DNA of 64,000 nucleotides from the NCBI GenBank assembly GCA_034520965.1, contig JAXHMY010000002.1:224001-288000 (forward strand), in the 5' to 3' direction. Below, one piece after another: positions 31,196-41,978 of this stretch. The position numbers and the translations under genes were made by a program. This stretch comes from Spirochaetia bacterium. Lineage in GTDB: Bacteria; Spirochaetota; Spirochaetia; DSM-16054; Sediminispirochaetaceae. Below the pieces are notes generated by a model. The model was not told the origin of the DNA and did not search any database. It saw only the letters and a program-made list of their open reading frames with translations. Position 1 is the stretch's first letter. Each line of letters starts with the position of its first letter.

Positions 31196-31804
31196 TTAGA
31201 AATTTAGAAAATTCTGCAGCAGCTTAAGGCCCCATTTTCCGGATTTCTCGGGATGAAACTGCACTGCATGCAGATTATCAAGCTGCAGGGCGCTTGTGAA
31301 GGTAATTCCATACTCTGCAGTTGCCAGAACTGCGGAATCGGCTTGTGGGTCCGGATAATAGGAGTGCACAAAGTAAAAAGAGATCCCCCCGGGAATATCC
31401 GCAAACAACGGCGAGGAACGTACAGGATACACCTGGTTCCACCCCATGTGAGGAACTTTCAAGCCACTGTTTCGGGAAAACCGGCGGGCGGTTCCCGGCA
31501 CAACATCCAGACATGTAGTATCATGTTCTTCCGACTTGCTCAAGACAATCTGACTTCCTAAACATATTCCCAGCATCTGACGCCCGCTATGAAAATAGTC
31601 CCGCATGAATTGATCGAGCCCACGGCTTCGCAGATTCTGCATAGCAGTTCGAGCTTCACCTACTCCTGGAAAAATTAACTGCTCAGTCTCTTCGAGTTCC
31701 TCAGGGTGTGATGAGATTATATATTCAGCCTCCAGAAACTTAAGCGCAGTTTTTACACTGGTAAGGTTACCGGCATCATAGTCGACCACTCCAACCCGTT
31801 TCAT
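31196..31804 (-). CDS. hisH: Imidazole glycerol phosphate synthase glutaminase subunit
   Basis: PGVG, GICLG, VPHMGWN, FYFVHSY, QFHPEKS. Confidence 0.95.
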   Translation of the reverse strand: MKRVGVVDYDAGNLTSVKTALKFLEAEYIISSHPEELEETEQLIFPGVGEARTAMQNLRSRGLDQFMRDYFHSGRQMLGICLGSQIVLSKSEEHDTTCLDVVPGTARRFSRNSGLKVPHMGWNQVYPVRSSPLFADIPGGISFYFVHSYYPDPQADSAVLATAEYGITFTSALQLDNLHAVQFHPEKSGKWGLKLLQNFLNF

Positions 31805-31811
31805 GTGTGCG

Positions 31812-32765
31812 TCACTCCTCTATTTGGTCATCTATATAGACATACGGAAGGGCCTGTTGAAAAAACCAGTCCATATTTTCTAGGGTAATCGGATAATCCT
31901 TCAAAATAACTTGATTCTTCTGAAGGCTTACAGGATCTTCGCTTATCATCTTAGAATAATCATATTCACCCTCGAAAGACCTCAATCCATTAATCAGGGC
32001 CAGCCGCAAAACAAGGTACAGCGAACGGGCAACGGTTTGATCAGTGCATAGATATTCTGCATCGATAGTAAACAGGTCATCCTCATACTTCGTAAAACTC
32101 ATACCTACTTCTTGCAGTTTAGAAAAGAGAACCGCCATAGGCCCCGCAGCAGACTGCGTTCGTCCGAAATCGGGATTACGGCTGTATATTCCAAGCACGC
32201 CGGCATTTACTCGCTCCACAGCATTATCCGGAAGACGTTTGACAGGCCCGTAATAGATACGATGCAGCAAATCTTCCATTGAGCCATTGGTAATGGCTAC
32301 AGCATTATCCTGCAGAAAGCTGAGCTTCACTCCCTGAATCTGGTTGGTCCACCATCGAACTTTCGCAGAGCGGCCCAAATCGGACTCCTCGCGCTGCCAG
32401 TCCGCATTACTACGCAAAGACAGGGCCGCCATGGTTTCGGGGTACCTGCCCTGCCCGATTATTGAATAGCTAAAACCGGCATCCCGAAGATCGAAATAGC
32501 AGTAGGCTATGTGAGTCCGGGTAAGGACAGTATCTAATTCGGCCGGATCCATTCCCAGAGCACTTAGCATCTTGTGGGCCAACGATAAATTCTCGCTCGG
32601 CTTTACCTGCAAAAAGATGCCCTGCTCTTTATAGAGCAATTCGGCATAATTTTGCACAGCCGGTTCTGGACGGCCGGCACAGCCGCTCAACAGCATAATT
32701 GCCACTACCGCAAGAGCTGTTATGCCCCCCACAACTCGTGTGGACCAGGCTGTTCGCAAATTCAT
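31812..32765 (-). CDS. Hypothetical lipoprotein
   Basis: Lipobox LLSGC after a hydrophobic stretch; in operon between ileS and hisH. Confidence 0.7.
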   Translation of the reverse strand: MNLRTAWSTRVVGGITALAVVAIMLLSGCAGRPEPAVQNYAELLYKEQGIFLQVKPSENLSLAHKMLSALGMDPAELDTVLTRTHIAYCYFDLRDAGFSYSIIGQGRYPETMAALSLRSNADWQREESDLGRSAKVRWWTNQIQGVKLSFLQDNAVAITNGSMEDLLHRIYYGPVKRLPDNAVERVNAGVLGIYSRNPDFGRTQSAAGPMAVLFSKLQEVGMSFTKYEDDLFTIDAEYLCTDQTVARSLYLVLRLALINGLRSFEGEYDYSKMISEDPVSLQKNQVILKDYPITLENMDWFFQQALPYVYIDDQIEE

Positions 32766-32767
32766 CC

Positions 32768-35700
32768 TTAGGCCTTCTTTAGTCCCACCTTGCAGGTCTC
32801 TTCTCCACAGTCAATCTGTTCTGCCTCTCCGCCTTCGCTCCAGCTGTAATTTTCAGCTAATGTTTCCTGCAGCAGATGCTCTTCAAAACTTTCAACAGCC
32901 TGCTTGACCGTATCAGCTCCATCAATATACAGGTAGATTCTGTCGGTCACATCAAGACCTCTGTCTTTACGCATATTCTGAATACTGCGCACTATGTCTC
33001 GAACCATCCCTTCATTCTTTAGTTCTTCAGTAATTTCTGTATCTAGTCCAACCGTTAAGGAGCCCTCGTTAATTACCTTCACGTTCTTTTTTTCAGTACG
33101 CTGCACCACAATACCATCGAGGGTAAGTTCTAAAGAGCCTTCGTCGTAGTCGATGTACAGGGTAGCCCCTTCCATCAGTGACTGAATCTCGCTCATTGAG
33201 AGGGCTTCGATTTTCTTAGCAACGCTCTTCATATGCTTGCCAAGGGATTTTCCAAGCACCTTGTAGTTCGGCTTAGCCGAATACACAACCAGGTCTTCTT
33301 CATTTTCTTTGAACAGTACATCCTTTACATTGAGCTCTTCTCGAATAATATCTTCCATCTCGCGCAGTACTTTTCGCTCGGTACTGTCCCGGGTCACTAG
33401 ATATATAGCTTTCAGGGGTTGTCGGGTCTTGTAATTGTGCATACTCCGCAGAGCCCGTCCCATCGAAACCGCCTGGCGGGTAATTGCCATTTTCTGCTCA
33501 AGCTCGTGGTCCCGTAAAGCACTGTTCTCTACCGGATAATCGGCTAAGTGCACCGACTGGGGCATACCTTCGGTTTTAAGGTTCTGATAAATCGCTTCAG
33601 TAATAAAAGGAATAATTGGAGCAGCTACATGGACCAGCTTCATTAACACACTATAGATTGTACCATAAGCCTGCATTTTATCCGGATCATTTTCGGAGCG
33701 CCAGAAACGACGCCGGGAGCGACGAATATACCAGTTATTCAGTAAATCGATAAAGCGCAGGATAGGATCGATAGCTTTCTGCAGATCATAGACATCCAGC
33801 TGCTCGGTAACCTCACCTGTCAATCGCTCCGCCTCTGATAGAATCCAGCGATCCAGGGGATTCTCCGGGGCTTCCGGCTTAGGGTCTCCGGTGGGGTGGT
33901 ACTTATCGATGTTGGCGTAGGTGACAAAAAAGCTATACGCATTCCACAGGGGTATCAGAACACTTTTCAATACGTCCCTCACTCCCTCGTCGGAATAACG
34001 CAAATCCTCGGCCTTTACAACTGCCGAGTGCATCAAAAACAGGCGCAGCGCATCGGCACCAAATTTATTAAGCACCTCTACCGGGTCGGAGTAATTACGC
34101 TCCGATTTAGACATCTTCTTTCCATCTTCAGCCAAAACTAAACCGTTTACCACGACGTTCATAAAGGCCGGCTGCTCAAACAGTCCTGCGGCTAATATGG
34201 TAAGTGTGTAGAACCAGCCCCGGGTTTGATCCAAACCTTCGCAGATAAAATCCGCTGGAAAGTTATTTTCAAACCACTCTTTATTCTCAAAGGGATAATG
34301 GTTCTGCGCGTAAGGCATCGATCCGGATTCAAACCAGCAGTCAAGAACATCCGGAATGCGCCGCATGGTTCCTTTTCCGTCCGGGCTTGGCCAGGTTAGG
34401 TCGTCAACATAATGTTTATGCAGGTCGGGTACCTTTGTGCCGGACTTCTCTTCCAACTCCTGCCGTGAGGCGACAACCTCAATATAATCAGAACCGTCGC
34501 ACTTCCAGATCGGTATAGGGTTCCCCCAATACCGGTTACGACTGATAGCCCACTCACGGGCACCCTCGAGCCATTTTCCGAAACGCCCCTTCTTAAGGTG
34601 CTCGGGTACCCAGTTAATTTTATCATTGGATTCAAGCATGCTTTTCTTGATGCGATCGACATCGACAAACCAAGAAGAGACGGCACGATAGATAAGAGGC
34701 TTTTTAGTTCGATAACAGAAGGGGTAGCTGTGCTTGTACTTCTCTTTTTTAACCAGCTTCCCCTCTTCCTTCAGTTTCTGCATGATCGGATCGTCGGCGT
34801 CTTTTACAAACAGGCCTTCAAAGTCCGGCACCTCTCCGGTAAACCGGCACTCTGCATCGATCGGACAGATTACCGGCACATCCGTATTCTTCAGGGCGGC
34901 ATAGTCTTCTTCGCCAAAACCGGGGGCAGTGTGAACGATACCCGTTCCATCTTCGGTAGTTACATGTTCAGAGAGAATAGTGCGGAAGGCTCCAGTAGTA
35001 TGTAATTCTTTAAAATACGGAAACAGCGGTTCATACTCGATATTGACATACTTTTTACCGGGTTTTTCTTCGATCACCGAATAATCCTCTTCGCTGCGGT
35101 AATACGCACCTAACCGGTCTTTGGCGAAGATATAATATTCTTCACCGTCCTTTACTTTTACGTAGGTAAGGTCTTCACCCAGGGCAAGCGCGAGGTTCGA
35201 AGGAAGAGTCCACGGGGTGGTAGTCCAGGCCAGGAAGTAGGTATTCTCGGTATCCTTGACCTTAAATTTCACTGTCACCGCCGGATCGACCACATCCTGA
35301 TACCCGCCCAGGTTTACCTCAAAGTTCGACAGGGGGGTCGATAGTGCCGGACTATAGGGAAGAATTTTGTAGCCTTCATACAACAGTTCCTTATCCCACA
35401 GCCTTCTAATAACCCACCAAATAGATTCCATATAATTGGGATCCATAGTCTTATAGTCATTCTCAAAATCTACCCAACGTCCCATGCGTTTTACAATTCG
35501 CTCCCACTCCGAGGTGTAACGAAGTACGATTGAGCGGCAGGCTTCGTTGAATTTTGCAACTCCATACTCTTCAATTTCAGTTTTACCTGTAATTCCGAGG
35601 GATTTTTCAATTTCATACTCCACCGGCAAGCCATGGGTATCCCAGCCGAAACGACGCTCGACCTTTTTACCCTTCATGGTGTGGTACCTGGGAATAATGT

Positions 35701-35896
35701 CCTTTATAGTACCCGGAACAAAGTGTCCAAAGTGCGGAAGGCCGGTTGCAAAGGGAGGACCGTCATAGAAGACAAACTCCTCGTTCCCATCCCTCTGATC
35801 AATGGATTTTTGAAAAATGTCTTTATCTTCCCAAAACTTAAGAATATTTTCTTCCATCTCTGGAAAATTCACTTTAGGATCAACAGGTGTGTACAA
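32768..35896 (-). CDS. ileS: Isoleucyl-tRNA synthetase (type 2, eukaryote-like)
   Basis: DGPPFATGLPHFGH, WTTTPWTLPSN, KMSKS; 1042 aa with a long C-terminal domain lacking a zinc finger. Confidence 0.95.
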   Translation of the reverse strand: MYTPVDPKVNFPEMEENILKFWEDKDIFQKSIDQRDGNEEFVFYDGPPFATGLPHFGHFVPGTIKDIIPRYHTMKGKKVERRFGWDTHGLPVEYEIEKSLGITGKTEIEEYGVAKFNEACRSIVLRYTSEWERIVKRMGRWVDFENDYKTMDPNYMESIWWVIRRLWDKELLYEGYKILPYSPALSTPLSNFEVNLGGYQDVVDPAVTVKFKVKDTENTYFLAWTTTPWTLPSNLALALGEDLTYVKVKDGEEYYIFAKDRLGAYYRSEEDYSVIEEKPGKKYVNIEYEPLFPYFKELHTTGAFRTILSEHVTTEDGTGIVHTAPGFGEEDYAALKNTDVPVICPIDAECRFTGEVPDFEGLFVKDADDPIMQKLKEEGKLVKKEKYKHSYPFCYRTKKPLIYRAVSSWFVDVDRIKKSMLESNDKINWVPEHLKKGRFGKWLEGAREWAISRNRYWGNPIPIWKCDGSDYIEVVASRQELEEKSGTKVPDLHKHYVDDLTWPSPDGKGTMRRIPDVLDCWFESGSMPYAQNHYPFENKEWFENNFPADFICEGLDQTRGWFYTLTILAAGLFEQPAFMNVVVNGLVLAEDGKKMSKSERNYSDPVEVLNKFGADALRLFLMHSAVVKAEDLRYSDEGVRDVLKSVLIPLWNAYSFFVTYANIDKYHPTGDPKPEAPENPLDRWILSEAERLTGEVTEQLDVYDLQKAIDPILRFIDLLNNWYIRRSRRRFWRSENDPDKMQAYGTIYSVLMKLVHVAAPIIPFITEAIYQNLKTEGMPQSVHLADYPVENSALRDHELEQKMAITRQAVSMGRALRSMHNYKTRQPLKAIYLVTRDSTERKVLREMEDIIREELNVKDVLFKENEEDLVVYSAKPNYKVLGKSLGKHMKSVAKKIEALSMSEIQSLMEGATLYIDYDEGSLELTLDGIVVQRTEKKNVKVINEGSLTVGLDTEITEELKNEGMVRDIVRSIQNMRKDRGLDVTDRIYLYIDGADTVKQAVESFEEHLLQETLAENYSWSEGGEAEQIDCGEETCKVGLKKA

Positions 35897-36025
35897 AACT
35901 TCCTCCTCAGATATCCCCGTTATTTACGATGAAAGCATTCTAGAGAGAGGGATAGACAGTGTCAAGACGTAATCCCAATTCTGCGGCGGGCTGTGAACGT
36001 ACGGCGACTATTTTTGATAAAGTGC

Positions 36026-36052
36026 TAAAGCCGTTTTTTCTACCGCCGAAAA
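36026..36052 (+). promoter_or_regulatory. Sigma-28 (FliA) promoter of flagellin
   Basis: TAAA(36026)-N15-GCCGAAAA(36045) versus consensus TAAA-N15-GCCGATAA. Confidence 0.8.
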
Positions 36053-36063
36053 TTGAATATATA

Positions 36064-36098
36064 GCAGACAAGGATGTCTGCCCACTATTCAAGGAGGA
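36064..36098 (+). promoter_or_regulatory. CsrA-type binding sites in the flagellin leader
   Basis: Hairpin GCAGACA-AGGA-TGTCTGC with GGA in the loop; second AAGGA overlaps the SD. Confidence 0.7.
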
Positions 36099-36105
36099 AT
36101 AGAAT

Positions 36106-36978
36106 ATGATTATTAATCACAACATGAGCGCAATTTTTGCCCAACGCCAAAACAAGTTCAACAACTGGAACGTAACCAAGAACATGGAAAAGCTGTCTTC
36201 CGGTCTTCGTATCAACCGTGCCGGTGATGATGCCTCAGGTCTGGCAGTATCGGAAAAGATGCGTGCCCAAATCCGCGGTCTCCAGCAGGCCCAGCGAAAT
36301 ACGGAGAACGGCATATCCTTCATCCAGACTGCCGAGGGGTATCTACAAGAATCCCAGGATATTCTTCATCGTATGCGTGAACTGGCCGTGCAGAGTGCGA
36401 ACGGCGTGTACACTGATGAAGACCGTATGCAGATTCAGGTAGAAATCAGTCAGTTAGTTGACGAGGTAAACCGCATTGCCAGCCATGCACAGTTTAACGG
36501 GATGAACATGCTCACCGGTCGGTTTGCTTCCGAAGGCGGTGAAAATACCGTCACCGCAAGTATGTGGTTCCAGATTGGGGCTAATATGGATCAGCGGGAA
36601 AGGGTCTTTATCGGTACAATGACAGCCCAGGGTCTGGGAATACAGGGAGCCGATTCCATGCCCCACGCCGCCAGTTTTATCTCAATGTCTACTCCGGATA
36701 AAGCTAACATTTCAATATCGGTCATCGACGGTGCTTTACGGAAGGTTAACAAGCAGCGCGCGGACCTAGGCGCATACCAAAACCGACTGGAGCACGCGTC
36801 CACAGGGCTTATGGTAGGTGCGGAGAATATACAGGCCGCTGAATCACAGATCAGAGATGCTGATATGGCCAAGCAGATGGTTGATTATACCAAGAATCAA
36901 ATACTGGTTCAATCTTCTAACGCTATGCTCGCTCAGGCAAATCAGAAGACACAGTCGGTGCTGCAGCTGCTGCAGTAG
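36106..36978 (+). CDS. flaB: Periplasmic flagellar core protein FlaB (flagellin)
   Basis: [45 protein letters not shown]. Confidence 0.95.
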   Translation: MIINHNMSAIFAQRQNKFNNWNVTKNMEKLSSGLRINRAGDDASGLAVSEKMRAQIRGLQQAQRNTENGISFIQTAEGYLQESQDILHRMRELAVQSANGVYTDEDRMQIQVEISQLVDEVNRIASHAQFNGMNMLTGRFASEGGENTVTASMWFQIGANMDQRERVFIGTMTAQGLGIQGADSMPHAASFISMSTPDKANISISVIDGALRKVNKQRADLGAYQNRLEHASTGLMVGAENIQAAESQIRDADMAKQMVDYTKNQILVQSSNAMLAQANQKTQSVLQLLQ

Positions 36979-37027
36979 AGCAGCCAGAACCTGCTCTTTT
37001 AAGAAAGCTATTGAGACGTCTATTGAG

Positions 37028-37056
37028 AGCCGCCCGGAAATTGGGCGGCTTTTTTT
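37028..37056 (+). terminator. Intrinsic terminator after flaB
   Basis: AGCCGCCC-loop-GGGCGGCT followed by a T run. Confidence 0.85.
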
Positions 37057-37172
37057 GTGCATGCTCGTATACCCCTTTACGCATAATCCCAACGAATTCT
37101 GAGCGGTTGCAGCAGGACTTAGCGCAGCTTGGCAGCTTGACAGTTTGCTTTATGATAGGTAAGAAGAGGGTG

Positions 37173-38536
37173 ATGAAAAAATTGCAGTTACCAAAAATAG
37201 TGCGGGATTTCGGCCGTAGTTTTGAACAGCACGGTCACAACTGTTACCTGGTCGGCGGGGCCGTTCGCAATATAGTCCTTGGCTATAAACCAACTGATTA
37301 CGATTTTGCCACGGATGCCACACCTCAAGAGGTCATGAATATATTTCGTACCGTCATTCCTACCGGCATAAAGCACGGTACGGTAACCGTCATCTTCAAG
37401 GGCCAACACTACGAAGTGACCACCTTTCGGGTTGAAGGAACCTACAGTAACGCCCGCCACCCGGATCAAATACATTTTACCCCTGATTTGTTTGAAGATT
37501 TAAAGCGCAGGGATTTTACAATCAATTCCATGGCAGTTCATCTTGGTGACGGAGCCTTGGTCGATCCACACTCGGGACGCAGTGACCTGAAAAAGAAGCT
37601 TATCCGTGCCATCGGAAACCCAAGAGACCGTTTCTTTGAGGATGGACTTAGGTTGCTGAGAGCCTGCCGATTTGCAGCCCAGCTTGAGTTCAGTATTGAA
37701 GAGGAGACCCATGCCGCAATGATAGAAACAGCCGATACCCTGAAGCAGGTTTCCGCAGAACGTATACGGGATGAATTAGTAAAAATGCTGGCTGCAGAAA
37801 AACCATCAATCGGCCTGCACACGATGGAAGAAACAGGAGTGCTGCGTCTTATTCTACCGGAGCTGGCAGATTGCCGTGCTGTCTACCAAGGTGGGTATCA
37901 CTCCTTCGACGTGCTTGATCACTCCCTGTTTGCCTGTGACGGCGCTCCACGGGACAATGTAGTGGTCCGACTGGCCGCCTTACTGCACGATATTGGAAAG
38001 GCATCTACAGTCGAAATAGGACCGGAGGGCGACCGTTCCTTCCACCGCCACGAACAGGACTCCGAGGAGAAGTGCCGTAATATTATGAGGCGCTTGAAAT
38101 TTTCAAATGAAGAAGTAAAAATGTCTGTCATTTAGTGGCCCAGCATATGTTCAACTATCAGCCGGAGTGGTCCGACGGGGCAGTACGAAGATTCATTTCA
38201 AGGGTTGGACAGAAGTATCTGCCTCATTTGTTTGATTTGCGGATAGCCGATCAATACGGAATGCACGGTATCTATCCGCGTCGGGATACACTGACTCCTC
38301 TGAGAGATCGCATACAGGCGGTGCTTTCACAAAAGGACGCGCTCTCAATTAAGGATTTAGCGGTAGATGGAAATATTTTGGCCCAAGAAGCTGGAATTCC
38401 GAAGGGTCCGGACATGGGTGTAGTACTAGAGCATTTACTTGAAACTGTAATGGATGACCCTTCTCTGAATACAAAAAAAAATCTTCTGGCACTGGCCAGA
38501 AGATTCTATGAAACTTACATGAAAGAAAACGAATAG
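37173..38536 (+). CDS. cca: CCA tRNA nucleotidyltransferase with HD domain, split by a 1-nt frameshift near 38120
   Basis: YLVGGAVR, DYDFATD, RRDFTINSMA, EDGLRLLRA, LLHDIGK; adding one A to the A5 run at 38117-38121 joins the two ORFs. Confidence 0.85.
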
Positions 38537-38538
38537 GC

Positions 38539-39342
38539 CTAGTTCTTTTCAAACTTCCCCGAAATCTTCTTACGCTTTTTACCTGTTTTCTCGGTTTCTT
38601 CGGTTAAGGCCTGGTATGCGATACCTGCAGCATGCTGTTCAGCTTCTTTCTTATTTTTCCCTTTTCCGGGGCCGTATGTCTTACCTTCCACACCTACTTC
38701 AATCCAGAAGGTTCTGTCATGGTCAGGGCCGGTTTTTTTCACTAAAGAATATCGCGGGTAACTTTTGTACTTCTTTTGCACAAACTCCTGTAGAAGGGTT
38801 TTATAATCCTTCTTGTGCCTATTCTCAAGCACCTTATTGATCTCAGGAATAAGATATTTCAGTATAAAAGCCCTGGACGGCTTAAACCCTGAATCTAAAT
38901 AATAGGCACCGATGATGGCTTCCATACAGTCGGCAAGAATGGCCTTCTTTGACCTACCGCCGGAATATTCTTCACCCTTACCGATTAGAATAAAATTGTC
39001 TATTTTTATTGCTTTGGCAATTTCGGCCAAGCTGTCTTCGCTGACGACAAAAGATTTAACCCTGGCGAGATCCCCTTCGGCGCGGTCGGACAGGGCGTAA
39101 TACAAATATTCACTGACAACTAAGCCGAGTACACTGTCGCCCAAGAACTCAAGTTTTTCGTTATTGCTGATATCCTCACCACTTTCATTCGCAAAAGAGC
39201 GGTGAGAAAAAGCAAGGTTCAGGAGCTGGGGCTTCCTGAACCTTATTCCTATATGCTTTTCAAAGAGCTGAAGCTCTTTTTTCCGCTCTTGATCAATTGG
39301 CGGAGCGTGTACTACATTTTGTACTTTTGGTAAAAGACCCAC
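38539..39342 (-). CDS. rnc: Ribonuclease III
   Basis: NEKLEFLGDSVL, ADCMEAIIGAYYLD, dsRBD DYKTLLQE. Confidence 0.95.
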   Translation of the reverse strand: MGLLPKVQNVVHAPPIDQERKKELQLFEKHIGIRFRKPQLLNLAFSHRSFANESGEDISNNEKLEFLGDSVLGLVVSEYLYYALSDRAEGDLARVKSFVVSEDSLAEIAKAIKIDNFILIGKGEEYSGGRSKKAILADCMEAIIGAYYLDSGFKPSRAFILKYLIPEINKVLENRHKKDYKTLLQEFVQKKYKSYPRYSLVKKTGPDHDRTFWIEVGVEGKTYGPGKGKNKKEAEQHAAGIAYQALTEETEKTGKKRKKISGKFEKN

Positions 39343-39359
39343 GTCCCTACCACTTTTCT

Positions 39360-39599
39360 TTATTCTTGTGATTGAGATTTAAGGAACTCGACGGCGTCGC
39401 CAACCGTTTCAAATTCGTTTGCCTTTTCATCGGGAATAGTGATTCCCATTTCTTCTTCAATCGCATACACAAGTTCGTAGGTATCGAGACTATCAGCCCC
39501 AAGATCCTGCCGAAATGAAGCTTCAGGTTTAATTTTGTCTTCTTCAACCTCAAGTTTCTCAGCAATTAGTTTTTTAACCTTTTCATACACTTCGTCCAT
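39360..39599 (-). CDS. acpP: Acyl carrier protein
   Basis: DLGADSLD motif. Confidence 0.95.
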   Translation of the reverse strand: MDEVYEKVKKLIAEKLEVEEDKIKPEASFRQDLGADSLDTYELVYAIEEEMGITIPDEKANEFETVGDAVEFLKSQSQE

Positions 39600-39624
39600 A
39601 GTTATCTCCTTTTCTCATTGAGTA

Positions 39625-39804
39625 TCATTCCAGATCGATTACCTGACGTCCTCGATATGAACCGCATTTCGGGCACACACGATGAGGAAGCACTAGGTTA
39701 CCGCAGGAACTGCATCCAACCAAGCCAGGTGCAGATCGTTTCATGTTGATTGATCTCCGCCTTCTGCTCCGAGCTTTTGAGGCTCTACTTTTAGGTACTG
39801 CCAT
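39625..39804 (-). CDS. rpmF: 50S ribosomal protein L32 (not in ORF track, 59 aa)
   Basis: Manual translation MAVPKSRASKARSRRRRSINMKRSAPGLVGCSSCGNLVLPHRVCPKCGSYRGRQVIDLE. Confidence 0.93.
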   Translation of the reverse strand: MAVPKSRASKARSRRRRSINMKRSAPGLVGCSSCGNLVLPHRVCPKCGSYRGRQVIDLE

Positions 39805-39881
39805 ATAAAAAACCTTCTCAAATGCGCTACGGCTTTATCCTGGCAGTCAAACGGAACGATGAACTTAATACAGATCAATTG

Positions 39882-40364
39882 TCAACTATCCCTCAACTTA
39901 TCTCTCAGCGCATCGGCGACCTGGGGAGGAACCATCGTGGAAAGGTCACCATCATACAGTGCTATCTCCTTGATAGCTGAAGAACGGAGTACAAAATATT
40001 TCGGGTCCGTCGGCATAAACATAATTTCAAGTTCCGGTCGAAGTTCTTTATTCGTCATGGCCAATTCAAACTCATAGCCGAAATCAGCCAGGGCCCGCAC
40101 CCCCCGCAGCATTACCTTTGCCTTATGCTCTACAGCATAATCCACAATCAGGCTGTACCACAGGTTTACCTGTACGTTACGGTATGATTTTAAAAGCTCC
40201 CGCATCATATCGAGCCGTTCCTCTGGGGTAAACAGGGTCTTTTTGGCCTGATTTACTGCAACTACCACGTGGAGCTGCTCAAATATACTTGCCGCGCGGG
40301 CAATTAAGTTCAAATGCCCATTTGTAGGCGGATCAAAGGTACCTGGAAAAATGGCTGTTTGCAT
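39882..40364 (-). CDS. coaD: Phosphopantetheine adenylyltransferase
   Basis: FPGTFDPPTNGH, RGVRALADFGYE, SSAIKE. Confidence 0.95.
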   Translation of the reverse strand: MQTAIFPGTFDPPTNGHLNLIARAASIFEQLHVVVAVNQAKKTLFTPEERLDMMRELLKSYRNVQVNLWYSLIVDYAVEHKAKVMLRGVRALADFGYEFELAMTNKELRPELEIMFMPTDPKYFVLRSSAIKEIALYDGDLSTMVPPQVADALRDKLRDS

Positions 40365-40531
40365 GCAGGAATTGTAATAGTGGAACCACATATGGTCAAG
40401 GCAGGATACATAAAATCATCAGATCCATATTTAGTAGCTTGCAGTCTTTCCAAATTGGAATTGCTTTGTTTTGCGCTGTTTTATAAAAATAGTTTTGACA
40501 AAGTACACGCACATGGATACACTTTATATTG

Positions 40532-41142
40532 ATGAGAAACTACCCTATTTTTTCAGCTATATGTATTTTAACTGTATCTGTTTTGGTCGTCGGCTGTGCA
40601 GGCACCCTCGCGGCGCGAGGAAGAGGCTGAAAGTTCTCACGCTGCTGCTGCGCCTGAGACAGAGCCTGTAACAGACAAGTGAACCAGCCCCGGATGAGAA
40701 GGAAACTGATGAGCAGGAAAATTCTGAACCCCAATCCTCAGGAGATAAGAGTCCAGAAGAGTATACTATGGGAGAGGAGGAGTATCAGGAAACAAAGAAG
40801 GACCTTGCTAACCTGGTTCAAGAGCTGAACCAAATCATCGCCAACCGTAATTATCAGGCATGGCTTGCTTATCTTACTAAAGAGTATAAAGATTATTATA
40901 GCGATCCGAAAGTGCTGCAGGAATACTCAGAGGCGCCGCTGCTGCAGAAATACGACATCAAACTGCGCAGTCTCAAAGATTACTTCAACTATGTAGTGGT
41001 AGCCAGCCGTAAGGACGTAAAGATCGACGACATCAAGCCGCTGAGCGAGAACAAGGTTCGAGCGTACATGAATGTAAATGGAGAACCTATTGTGGTCTAC
41101 ACTCTCGAGAAGGTAGATGGACAATGGAAAATTACAAAATAA
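40532..41142 (+). CDS. Lipoprotein, frameshifted in the assembly
   Basis: ATG 40532 gives MRNYPIFSAICILTVSVLVVGC (lipobox); an acidic linker continues in other frames into ORF 40768-41142. Confidence 0.6.
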
Positions 41143-41167
41143 AAATTTTTAGTCTATGGAGTGTGCT

Positions 41168-41896
41168 ATGAAAAACAACTTCGGGAAAATAATTACATTT
41201 TTTCTCATACTTTTTTTAATCCCTATTCTCGGATGGGCTCAGCAGGAAAATAACGGCCAGTCGGAAGATCAGGATGAAACTACCGTTGAAGAACTATTTC
41301 TTCAGAGCGTCGAGATGCGGATAATCGGCGAACAGGCCTTTGATGATAATCGCAGCAGTAAGTTATCTGCCCTGGATAACCTTGAAGGGCTTGTAGAAGA
41401 GGGACAAGTAGCAGCCGGTGATGCCGAGGCTACCTATATTCTTGACCGGCTTTCCTCTGAAGGTATTGGAGTTCAGCTTCGTGAAAACGGCCGGCTTATC
41501 AATAATTTTCCGGAAGTTCGCCGCAGAGCCAGTGAACTGCTTGGAAAAATTGGAGGAGAATCGGCTAAGGACACTCTCATAAATGTACTGCTTTCCGACG
41601 AAGAACCGATGGTGCTGGCCGAGGCTGTCTACGCATTAGGAGAGATGGCTGCTGATAACGAGAACAATCAGATGACCCAAGCTATCTCTTTCAGTATTCT
41701 TAACCAGGATATTATGACCCCTGACCAGAACTTTGCTTACGCTGCCCTGCTCTCCATTGAAAAGCTTGCAGAACATAATGGTGGTCTTAACGATCCTAGT
41801 ATTTATCGGGCTTTGATTCGAATATCACAAGGTAACTACATTACCACCGTTCAAGATAAAGCCCAAGAGGTTCTGCGGACATTGATGTCATATTAG
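41168..41896 (+). CDS. Exported HEAT-repeat protein
   Basis: Signal peptide; HEAT-like PEVRRRASELLGKIG and EPMVLAEAVYALG. Confidence 0.7.
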   Translation: MKNNFGKIITFFLILFLIPILGWAQQENNGQSEDQDETTVEELFLQSVEMRIIGEQAFDDNRSSKLSALDNLEGLVEEGQVAAGDAEATYILDRLSSEGIGVQLRENGRLINNFPEVRRRASELLGKIGGESAKDTLINVLLSDEEPMVLAEAVYALGEMAADNENNQMTQAISFSILNQDIMTPDQNFAYAALLSIEKLAEHNGGLNDPSIYRALIRISQGNYITTVQDKAQEVLRTLMSY

Positions 41897-41926
41897 TAGA
41901 TACATATTAGTAGCTAAGTAAGGATA

Positions 41927-41978
41927 AATGCTTCAGTACTGATGGGTAGTTACTCATGAGTATCTGGAGCATTTTTTT
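41927..41978. terminator. Long imperfect hairpin between convergent genes, possible bidirectional terminator
   Basis: AAATGCTTCAG...CTGGAGCATTT followed by a T run. Confidence 0.5.
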
